NCBI GenBank assembly: GCA_964247135.1
Contig: CAXTTL010000014.1
Span: 1-40,409 of the forward strand
From: an uncultured Deinococcales bacterium
Lineage (GTDB): Bacteria > Deinococcota > Deinococci > Deinococcales > JAAFIG01
Reading direction: 5' to 3'
Length of the DNA stretch: 40,409 bases
A model generated the notes under the pieces. The model was not told the origin of the DNA, ran no database searches, and saw nothing but the letters and a program-made list of their open reading frames with translations. Made by a program: the position numbers and the translations under genes. How positions within the stretch are numbered: position 1 is the first letter of the stretch; every line of letters starts with the position of its first letter. Of this stretch, positions 9,230 to 16,738 are shown in pieces.

Positions 9230-10477
9230 TTACTGCGTCACTTCGTAATTCGCAAGGCTCACGCCAACGTAGTAATACCCAAGAATCTGATCAAACGTCC
9301 ACCCAGAAGCCGCCAAACCTCGAGCACCATACTGCGACAAACCCACGCCATGCCCGTTGCCGTAGCCCTCGAGCACGAGCGGGTTGTTTGAGGAAATCCC
9401 AATCAGCGAACTTTTCGCGCCCAACGCCCGAATGAAGGCATAAACGTTCGTTCCAGTCACGCGCACGCTGCCGCTCGAGCCTGTGATGTCCAAGGCGCTC
9501 GGGCGACCTGATTCGGTACGGGCAGGAATCGAGATTGAACGGAAACTGCCAGCTTTACCCGCAAAACGGTTCACCACACTTTGAATCGTGCCGCTCGAGA
9601 TTTGCAAGCTCCAAGGGTTGTTGGGGGCGGTTGAAAGCGGGTCTGGACGGGCTTGAAGGTAGGGCAAATTCGTACCCCAAATCTCGTAACCCGATGCGGT
9701 GTAACCACCACTGTCCGAACTGAAGTACGTGGTCGCAGGACGGTCTTGCCAGGACACAATCAATCCTCGAGTGGCATCGGCAGCGGCATTGCCTCGAATG
9801 GTTTCGGCGTTTGCACCACCGTAGACTTGGCAGGCGGCGGTTGGGCAGACATCGTAATCGCCGGATTGGTTGAGTTTGGCAATGGCGTATGTTCTGGCGA
9901 TGATGGTCTGGGCTTTCAGGGCTTCATCTGGCCACGAACTGGGCATTTCGGAAGGGGTCACGCCACGCACGTAATCTTCGACATCCAGCGCGTTGACGAT
10001 GTTTAAGCTGCCGCCACGAACGGTAACAATTGCCGCGCCACGGTAAACACGACCAGCGAATTGAAAATACCCGCCAGCATCGGTTTGAAACACCAAACGG
10101 TTGTGACCCGTGTCGAACAAGCCCGCCTCGGTGACAATGGCGATCTTGCCGTTTTGAATCGATAAATTCCACTCGAGGGGCGTGCTGGACTGACTCAAGA
10201 GCGTGCCATCGGTGTAGGTGGCATTGTGAGGGGTCGGAAAGATCAGGTTGGCTTTGGATTGCTGTCCGATCAACACCCGCAAAATCAAGGGTTTGGGCGG
10301 TTCTTGCAAGCTCGAGAGCAAGACATTTTTGGCATCAACTCGAGCCTCCAAGAACGGCTCGGCGTTGCGAACCAAGATGTTCGCGCCGCGCTCAAGGGAG
10401 GTTGAGGTCGAAACCGCCTGAACTGACATCAAGGCGGAGGCAATAAGCAATGTGGTGAGGGCAGTCCAAAAACGCAT
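9230..10477 (-). CDS. SpoIID/LytB domain lytic transglycosylase-like protein
   Basis: VNALDVEDYVRGVTPSEMPSSWPDEALKAQTIIARTYA, CQVYGG, GYGNGHGVGLSQYGA; signal peptide from ATG 10477. Confidence 0.92.
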   Translation of the reverse strand: MRFWTALTTLLIASALMSVQAVSTSTSLERGANILVRNAEPFLEARVDAKNVLLSSLQEPPKPLILRVLIGQQSKANLIFPTPHNATYTDGTLLSQSSTPLEWNLSIQNGKIAIVTEAGLFDTGHNRLVFQTDAGGYFQFAGRVYRGAAIVTVRGGSLNIVNALDVEDYVRGVTPSEMPSSWPDEALKAQTIIARTYAIAKLNQSGDYDVCPTAACQVYGGANAETIRGNAAADATRGLIVSWQDRPATTYFSSDSGGYTASGYEIWGTNLPYLQARPDPLSTAPNNPWSLQISSGTIQSVVNRFAGKAGSFRSISIPARTESGRPSALDITGSSGSVRVTGTNVYAFIRALGAKSSLIGISSNNPLVLEGYGNGHGVGLSQYGARGLAASGWTFDQILGYYYVGVSLANYEVTQ

Positions 10478-10519
10478 CAATCCCAAGATAACCGATTTTA
10501 AGGGCTGAGGTTGGGTATT

Positions 10520-11455
10520 TCACGCACCAAGAGCGGTCAATACGGCTCGAGCCGCGAACAAATCTTCGACCGCCAAGCCAACCGATTTGAACAAAGTGAT
10601 CTCCTGACTCGAGTTTCTGCCTTGCACCACGCCAGAAACCAGGCTCGAGAGTTCCTGGGCGTCGTGCCAATTCCAACCCTCGAGGGCGGCTTGAATCAAT
10701 TCGCCCGCACCGTTTTGAGCGGCGCTCAGGTTGTCCACAACCACCGTGGACGACTTCACCGCGCTCGGGTCTGCCTCAGACATTTTTGGGGTGAACGCCC
10801 CGACCAGATCGAGGTGCTGACCTGAACGCAACCAACTGCCCAAAATCAAAGGTGTTTCGCTTCGGGTGGCACTCGAGATCACGTCCGATTCGCGGACCAA
10901 TTGCTCGAGACTCGAGGCGAGTTTGACCGAAACGCCGTTTGGTTCGAGTTCGGCTTGAAAATCTTGGGCGGCATGGCTTGAACGGTTCCACAACAAGACC
11001 TGCTCAAACGCTCGAACCTCGAGCAGAGCCTCGACTTGCGCCCTGGCTTGTGGTCCCGCGCCGATGATGCCCAACACTCGAGCATCGTCTCGAGCCAAAT
11101 AACTTGCTGCCAACGCCGAAACGGCTGCGGTGCGTCGTTCGGTCAATGCTCTGGCTTCAATCACCGCTTCGGGCTGACCCGTGACCGAATTTTGCAGCAC
11201 ATAACTCGAGTGAATGGTGGTCAAGCCTCGGGCGGCATTGTTCGGGTGTACCGTGACGAGTTTCGTTCCCAAGCCCACCGTGGGGGCGGTGCAGGGCATC
11301 ACCAGGTAAACACCGATTTCATCGGCAGGCAAAGACAAACGCTGTGGCATGGTGACGCTGCCCGCCGCCAATGCCAGAAACGCATCTCGAGCCACCTCAA
11401 GCGCCAAACCAGGGGTGAAAACACTTTGGACATCGGCTTCGGTGATGAATTTCAT
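10520..11455 (-). CDS. Ornithine cyclodeaminase/mu-crystallin family protein
   Basis: GTKLVTVHPNN, LTERRTAAVSALA, IIGAGPQA, FKSVGLAVED. Perfect TATAAT 7 nt before ATG 11455. Confidence 0.9.
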   Translation of the reverse strand: MKFITEADVQSVFTPGLALEVARDAFLALAAGSVTMPQRLSLPADEIGVYLVMPCTAPTVGLGTKLVTVHPNNAARGLTTIHSSYVLQNSVTGQPEAVIEARALTERRTAAVSALAASYLARDDARVLGIIGAGPQARAQVEALLEVRAFEQVLLWNRSSHAAQDFQAELEPNGVSVKLASSLEQLVRESDVISSATRSETPLILGSWLRSGQHLDLVGAFTPKMSEADPSAVKSSTVVVDNLSAAQNGAGELIQAALEGWNWHDAQELSSLVSGVVQGRNSSQEITLFKSVGLAVEDLFAARAVLTALGA

Positions 11456-11509
11456 TGCAGGAATTATAAATCTCGAGCCATAAAAGTGGCATCTGTGCTC
11501 AGACAAAAT

Positions 11510-11584
11510 TGGTTGAAGGTACAGGAATCGAACCTGTATTGCCTGTGTATCAGACAGGTTTCCTAACCGTTGGAAGAACCTTCA
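11510..11584 (-). tRNA. tRNA-Ile (GAT), atypical
   Basis: TGAAGGT/ACCTTCA acceptor, TTCC/GGAA D-stem, CCTGT-CTGATAC-ACAGG anticodon arm, ACAGG-TTCGATT-CCTGT T-arm, A-CCA end. Confidence 0.85.
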
Positions 11585-11588
11585 AAAC

Positions 11589-11664
11589 TGGTGATCTCGA
11601 GGGGAATCGAACACCTATTCTCACGTCGAGAGCGTGAAGTCCTAAACCATTGGACGACAAGACC
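11589..11664 (-). tRNA. tRNA-Glu (CTC), atypical
   Basis: GGTCTTG/CGAGATC acceptor (two G-U pairs), TCACG-CTCTCGA-CGTGA anticodon arm, one T-stem mismatch, A-CCA end. Confidence 0.85.
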
Positions 11665-11665
11665 T

Positions 11666-11740
11666 TGGCGGCTCTGGCGGGAATCGAACCCGCACCACTC
11701 GAGAGACAGTCGAGTATCCTAGCCATTGGAACACAGAGCC
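11666..11740 (-). tRNA. tRNA-Asp (GTC), atypical
   Basis: GGCTCTG/CAGAGCC acceptor, CTCGA-CTGTCTC-TCGAG anticodon arm, GCGGG-TTCGATT-CCCGC T-arm, G73 discriminator and CCA. Confidence 0.88.
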
Positions 11741-11803
11741 AAAAATAAAAAACTCGAGTTTGGTCGTAACCTTACTCGAGCAAAAAATGTACGGAAGGTT
11801 ACG
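11741..11803 (-). promoter_or_regulatory. Terminator/antiterminator (attenuator) directly upstream of the tRNA cluster
   Basis: CTCGAGT-AA-GGT-TACG-ACC-AA-ACTCGAG followed by TTTTTTATTTTT. The competing segment CGTAACCTT (11803-11795) is complementary to AAGGTTACG inside the hairpin. Confidence 0.7.
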
Positions 11804-11908
11804 TCAGGTTTGAATGCGTTCAGAATCTCGAGCCTCTGAATCGTGACGAATTTCAGGCGCAATTGGCTCGAATTCGGGGTTGTGTTCGATTGGCTTTGAA
11901 ATCATCAC
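11804..11908 (-). CDS. Putative 34-aa leader peptide MMISKPIEHNPEFEPIAPEIRHDSEARDSERIQT
   Basis: RBS GAGGTG 6 nt before GTG-ATG; the TGA stop abuts the antiterminator strand; 13 of 34 codons are Ile/Glu/Asp. Confidence 0.6.
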   Translation of the reverse strand: MMISKPIEHNPEFEPIAPEIRHDSEARDSERIQT

Positions 11909-12121
11909 GGGACTCACCTCGAGGGCTACTGTACGGCTTGGCTCGAGACTTGACATTCGCCAAATGGCGTAGGCAAGCCCTGCAAACGTTCGTTATCTTT
12001 TTTTTGGTCTAACACTCATTGTAGCCCAAAAGGGCATGAAATAAAACCGTTGCCCAAGACTGATCTCGAGGGTAGACTTGAGGTTGTGTTGTTTGAAACC
12101 CTCAAGCCTTCAGGAGAAACC

Positions 12122-13600
12122 GTGACCCTAGCCTTTACTGATGACAAGCCGCATGATGAATGCGGCGTTTTCGGCGTGTACGCTCCAGGGCGCGACGTTG
12201 CCCGCCTGACGTTTTTCGGACTGTACGCCCTGCAACACCGTGGGCAGGAGGCGGCTGGAATTGCCACCAGCGACGGCAAAAGCGCGTATCTGCACAAAGA
12301 CGTGGGTTTGGTGTCGCAAGTTTTTAACGAAGCCAACATGAAACCCCTGATCGGTTCGCACGCCATCGGTCACAACCGTTACAGCACCACAGGCTCGAGC
12401 TTATTGCGCAACGCGCAACCGTTTCTGATTGAAACCATCGATGGACCGCTGGGCGTGTCGCACAACGGCAACCTCACCAACACCCTCGAGCTTCGTAAAA
12501 TGCTGCTCGAGCGCGGCGGTGGGCTGCAATCCACCAGCGACAGCGAAATCATGACGCTGATGCTGGCAGCGCCCGTCGATGCCTGGGCGGCACTCAAACC
12601 CAGCGATTCCAACCTCGACCGTTGGCAGCAGCGTATTCTGGGTTTGATGCGCGTTGCCAAAGGCGCGTACTCCCTCGCCATTCTGACCCGTGATGCGGTT
12701 TACGGCGCTCGAGACGCGAACGGTTTGCGCCCGCTCTGCCTTGGAAAGCTCGAGGGTGGTTACATGATCGCCTCCGAAACCAGTGCTTTGTTTACGATTG
12801 GCGCGGAGTTCGTGCGCGAAATCGAACCTGGCGAGATCATCAAAATTGATGCGCACGGCATCACCAGCATCAAACTCGAACACGATGCGCCTCGAGCCTT
12901 GTGCAGCTTCGAGTACGTGTACTTTGCCCGCCCAGATTCGGTCATGGAAGGACAAGTGATTCACGATGTGCGGCAACGCCTTGGGCGGCAACTGGCAAAA
13001 GAAGCGCCCGTGGTTGCCGATGTGGTGATTGCCGTACCCGATTCCGCCACACCGCACGGCATCGGTTTTGCGCTCGAGACAGGCATTCCGTACACCGAAG
13101 GTTTGATCAAAAACCGTTACATCGGACGCACGTTTATTCAACCCGACCAAAGCCTGCGCGAGCTTGGAATGCAACTGAAATACAACCCGCTTCGCGCCAA
13201 TCTCGAGGGCAAACGCATTGTGTTGGTCGATGACAGCATCGTGCGCGGCACAACTTCGGGACCGCTGGTGCAACTCGTGCGCGACGCTGGCGCGATTGAA
13301 GTTCACGTCCGCGTGGCAAGCCCGATGATCAAGCACCCGTGCTTCATGGGCGTGGACATGGCAACCTACGGGCAACTCATCGCGCACAACAAAACGCTCG
13401 AGGAAATTCGGGTTCATATCGGCGCCGACAGCCTCGCGTACCTTTCGGTGGACGGACTGAAAAGCGCCATCGGTGAAGGCTCGAGCATGAATCATGGGCA
13501 TTGCACCGCGTGTTTCTCGGGTGAATACCCCATCGACATTCCCGCCTGGTTGTTCGGTGACACTCGAGATCAAGCGCTGTTTGAGGGGAGCTTGACTTGA
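12122..13600 (+). CDS. purF: Amidophosphoribosyltransferase
   Basis: Propeptide + ECGVFG, LQHRGQEAAG, HNGNL, CSFEYVYFARPDS, VDDSIVRGTT. GTG 12122 follows AGGAG. Confidence 0.96.
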   Translation: MTLAFTDDKPHDECGVFGVYAPGRDVARLTFFGLYALQHRGQEAAGIATSDGKSAYLHKDVGLVSQVFNEANMKPLIGSHAIGHNRYSTTGSSLLRNAQPFLIETIDGPLGVSHNGNLTNTLELRKMLLERGGGLQSTSDSEIMTLMLAAPVDAWAALKPSDSNLDRWQQRILGLMRVAKGAYSLAILTRDAVYGARDANGLRPLCLGKLEGGYMIASETSALFTIGAEFVREIEPGEIIKIDAHGITSIKLEHDAPRALCSFEYVYFARPDSVMEGQVIHDVRQRLGRQLAKEAPVVADVVIAVPDSATPHGIGFALETGIPYTEGLIKNRYIGRTFIQPDQSLRELGMQLKYNPLRANLEGKRIVLVDDSIVRGTTSGPLVQLVRDAGAIEVHVRVASPMIKHPCFMGVDMATYGQLIAHNKTLEEIRVHIGADSLAYLSVDGLKSAIGEGSSMNHGHCTACFSGEYPIDIPAWLFGDTRDQALFEGSLT

Positions 13601-13615
13601 AGGGGAACGTTGCAC

Positions 13616-13643
13616 GTAGGGGCGCATGGCGATGCGCCCCTAC
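13616..13643. repeat. GTAG-family REP palindrome
   Basis: GTAGGGGCGCAT-GGCG-ATGCGCCCCTAC, perfect 12-bp stem between purF and purD. Confidence 0.8.
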
Positions 13644-13664
13644 AAAACACCTCGAGGGTGACGC

Positions 13665-15944
13665 GTGAAGGTGCTGGTCGTTGGTGGCGGCGGACGTGAA
13701 CATGCCATCGCCTGGAAGCTCGAGCAAAGCCCCAAAGTCACTCAGGTTTTTGTTGCCCCTGGAAACGCGGGAACGCATCCGAACAACGTCAATATCGCGG
13801 TGACTGAAATCGGGAAGTTACTCGAGTTTACAATTGAAAACCAGATCGATTTTGTGGTGATCGGTCCTGACGATCCGCTCGCGGCAGGCATCGTGGATGC
13901 GTTTACCTTGCGTGGTATTCGCACCTTTGGTCCAACCCAGAACGCGGCGAAACTCGAGTGGAGCAAGGCGTTTGCCAAAGAGATCATGCGTGAAGTTGGG
14001 GTGAAGAACGCTGAGGCTGGCGTGTTTGAAAACCTCGAGACTGCACTTTCTTTCGTGCGTTCCAACCCGTTCTCGAGTCCTGGTTTTGTGGTCAAAGCCG
14101 ATGGTTTGGCGCTCGGTAAAGGCGTGATCGTTTGTGATGATTTAAACGGTGCTGAACAGGCGCTCGAGCGAATTTTTGCTGGGGAATTTGGCGAGGCTGG
14201 CGGCACGGTGTTGATCGAAGAACGCATGAGAGGACCCGAACTCAGCGTGCTGGCGTTCGTGGATGGCAAGACCGTGAAACTGATGCCTGCCGCTCGAGAT
14301 CACAAACGCATTTTTGATGGTGACATGGGCGCGAACACGGGCGGTATGGGCGCGTTCGCCCCAGTGCCAGAGATTTCTACGGCAACACTCGAGGAGATCA
14401 AAACCACGATCCTCGAGCCTGTGGTGCGCGGCATGAACGCCAGGGGAATTCCGTATAAGGGTGTGCTTTACGCGGGTTTGATGTTGACGCCGAACGGCAT
14501 TCGGGTGATCGAGTTTAATTCCCGTTTTGGTGATCCCGAAACCCAAGTGATCTTGCCATTGCTCGAGACAGATTTGCTCGAGGTTTTTGAAGCTTGCGTT
14601 GATGGAACGCTGTCAAATCTCGAGATCAAATGGAAGTCTGGCGCGTGTGCGACGGTGGTGGCTGCAAGTCCAGGGTATCCAGGGAATTACCCCAAAGGAC
14701 TCGAGATTTCAGGACTCGAGCATCAATCTGAAAACGCGCTGATTTTTCACGCGGGAACAAAACTCGAGGCTGAAAAAACCGTGACCAACGGCGGAAGGGT
14801 TCTCAACGTTACAGGCGTTGGTGAAAACCTCGAACAAGCATTGAAGAACGCCTACACTGCCCTCGAGTTTGTGAAATTTGATGGAATGCAGTTTCGTCGT
14901 GACATTGGAAAAACCGTGCCGACTGTGGGTTCTTACGCCTCGAGCGGCGTGAACATTGCCGAGGGAATTCGAGCCGTGCAACTCATGAAAGACGCGGTGA
15001 AAAGCACGCATGATGCTCGGGTTTTGGCGGGTGTGGGCGCGTTTGGTGGGATGTTTGATGCAAGTGCTTTAAAGAACCTCGAGACGCCTGTTTTGGTCGC
15101 CAGCACGGACGGCGTGGGCACAAAAACCAAAATTGCGGCGAAGCTTAACCTTTGGGACGGTATCGGTGCAGACATTGTCAATCACGGGATCAATGACATT
15201 TTGGTGCAGGGTGCAAAGCCACTGTTTTTCATGGATTACATCGCTGCCAGCAAATTGAGCGCGGAATTGGTGGCACGAATTGTCTCGAGCATGGCACAAG
15301 CGTGCAAAGCCGCGAATTGCGTGCTGCTCGGCGGCGAAACCGCAGAAATGCCGAACGTGTATCTCGAGGGTGAGCTTGATGTCGCGGGAACAATTGTCGG
15401 CGTGGTGGACCTTCAAAACGCGGTTGACGGCTCGAGTATTGCCGTGGGCGATGCAATTCTGGCGTTCCCTTCAAGCGGCTTGCACACGAATGGTTATTCA
15501 CTGGCGCGTAAAGTCCTCGAGCAACAAAATTGGTCTGAAGCCCGTGCCGATTTGAACGGCGCAAGTATCGGGCAGGCGCTCCTCGAGCCGCACAGGTCGT
15601 ATTTGGATCATGTCTCAAGTTTGCAAGCTGTTGGAATTGGTATTCACGGTATGGCGCACATCACGGGTGGAGGTTTGTGGGACAACGTGCCTCGGGTTCT
15701 CCCTGAAACTGTGAGCGCCGTTTTCACTCGAGGTTCGTGGGTTGCCCCACCAATTTTTAAATTGATTGCCACCTTGGGCGCAATTGACGAGCGTGAACTT
15801 TTTCACGCGTTCAACATGGGCATTGGTTTTATTGCCGTTGTTCCTCGAGAAGATGCACAAAGAGCCTTGGAGCTACTGCCAGATGAATGTTATTTGGTGG
15901 GTGAAATTCAAGCTCGAGCGACAGAAGCGGTGGTGTTGGTCTAA
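13665..15944 (+). CDS. purD: Fused phosphoribosylamine-glycine ligase / AIR synthase (PurD-PurM)
   Basis: N-terminal half: MKVLVVGGGGREHA, KADGLALGKGV, EFNSRFGDPETQ. C-terminal half: SYASSGVNI, STDGVGTK, GGETAEMP, SSGLHTNGYSL, AHITGGG. One uninterrupted 759-aa frame. Confidence 0.95.
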   Translation: MKVLVVGGGGREHAIAWKLEQSPKVTQVFVAPGNAGTHPNNVNIAVTEIGKLLEFTIENQIDFVVIGPDDPLAAGIVDAFTLRGIRTFGPTQNAAKLEWSKAFAKEIMREVGVKNAEAGVFENLETALSFVRSNPFSSPGFVVKADGLALGKGVIVCDDLNGAEQALERIFAGEFGEAGGTVLIEERMRGPELSVLAFVDGKTVKLMPAARDHKRIFDGDMGANTGGMGAFAPVPEISTATLEEIKTTILEPVVRGMNARGIPYKGVLYAGLMLTPNGIRVIEFNSRFGDPETQVILPLLETDLLEVFEACVDGTLSNLEIKWKSGACATVVAASPGYPGNYPKGLEISGLEHQSENALIFHAGTKLEAEKTVTNGGRVLNVTGVGENLEQALKNAYTALEFVKFDGMQFRRDIGKTVPTVGSYASSGVNIAEGIRAVQLMKDAVKSTHDARVLAGVGAFGGMFDASALKNLETPVLVASTDGVGTKTKIAAKLNLWDGIGADIVNHGINDILVQGAKPLFFMDYIAASKLSAELVARIVSSMAQACKAANCVLLGGETAEMPNVYLEGELDVAGTIVGVVDLQNAVDGSSIAVGDAILAFPSSGLHTNGYSLARKVLEQQNWSEARADLNGASIGQALLEPHRSYLDHVSSLQAVGIGIHGMAHITGGGLWDNVPRVLPETVSAVFTRGSWVAPPIFKLIATLGAIDERELFHAFNMGIGFIAVVPREDAQRALELLPDECYLVGEIQARATEAVVLV

Positions 15945-15947
15945 ACC

Positions 15948-15976
15948 GTAGGGGATGGTCTGAGACCATCCCCTAC
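15948..15976. repeat. GTAG-family REP palindrome
   Basis: GTAGGGGATGGTC-TGA-GACCATCCCCTAC. Confidence 0.8.
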
Positions 15977-15984
15977 AACAAATA

Positions 15985-16013
15985 TTGCTTAATTGGCTAA
16001 TCTTAGCTAAGAT
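15985..16013 (+). promoter_or_regulatory. vapBC promoter with palindromic operator
   Basis: TTGCTT, 17 bp, TAAGAT; the spacer contains TTGGCTAA-TC-TTAGCTAA. Confidence 0.6.
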
Positions 16014-16031
16014 GATTTTTGAGGTGAGATC

Positions 16032-16331
16032 ATGCCCAGAACACTCGAGAAACCAAAAACCAGAATCGTCAACATGCACGAAGCCAAAACCAACCTCTCC
16101 AAGCTGGTCGAAGCTGTCGAAAACGGCGAGAGTATTGTGATTGCACGAAATGGAAAACCGGCTGTTCAACTTTCCAAGCTCGAGCAGAAAGCTTTTACAT
16201 GGTCAGCCAAGATGCTCAAACATTTGAAAAAACGCAATCCCAATGCGCATCTCGAGCCTGATCCATTTCCAAAGATTCAAGAAAAAGACGACTTCCGTGA
16301 TCCTTTCGCGGAAAAAGAGCCTCATCAATAA
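16032..16331 (+). CDS. Phd/YefM family antitoxin
   Basis: VNMHEAKTNLSKLVEAVENGESIVIARNGKPAVQL; RBS GAGGTG. Confidence 0.9.
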   Translation: MPRTLEKPKTRIVNMHEAKTNLSKLVEAVENGESIVIARNGKPAVQLSKLEQKAFTWSAKMLKHLKKRNPNAHLEPDPFPKIQEKDDFRDPFAEKEPHQ

Positions 16332-16738
16332 TGCGGTATTTACTCGATACAGACATCATCAGTTTGTATGCCCGTGAACATGATGCGGTCAGTGAACGCT
16401 TAACGCAGCAAACGCTGGATTCTTTGGCGGTCAGCAGCCTGAGCTTGATGGAAATAGAGTTTGGTTTTGCCAGAAATCCTGCCAGCCGTCGTAAATTTGG
16501 CACACGGGTTTTTGATTTGATTGCAGAAATCACTGTTGTCCCGTTCGCAGATGTTGAAGCGAGAAGCAGCGCAGTCATTCGCGCAGGGCTTGAACGCACA
16601 GGGCAGATCATTGGGAAATACGATGTCTTGATTGCCGCCACCGCACTGGCAAACGGTCTTGTGATGGTCACAGCGAACACCCGAGAATACTCGAGAGTCC
16701 CTGGTTTGCACGTTGAAGATTGGAGTTCGCCCGAATGA
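16331..16738 (+). CDS. vapC: VapC PIN-domain toxin
   Basis: YLLDTDII, EIEFG, IGKYDVLIAATA, VTANTREYSRVPGLHVEDW. Confidence 0.92.
   Translation: MRYLLDTDIISLYAREHDAVSERLTQQTLDSLAVSSLSLMEIEFGFARNPASRRKFGTRVFDLIAEITVVPFADVEARSSAVIRAGLERTGQIIGKYDVLIAATALANGLVMVTANTREYSRVPGLHVEDWSSPE

Noticed and set aside
12000-12121. Known purine, ZTP or PRPP riboswitch before purF
   Set aside because: Conserved core motifs of those classes were not found by eye; kept only as an unclassified structured leader.
12401-13627. 408-aa antisense ORF, and similar long shadow ORFs such as 6967-7926, 18857-19843 and 25821-26606
   Set aside because: They lie antisense to well-supported genes and have no recognisable motifs; typical codon-bias shadows.
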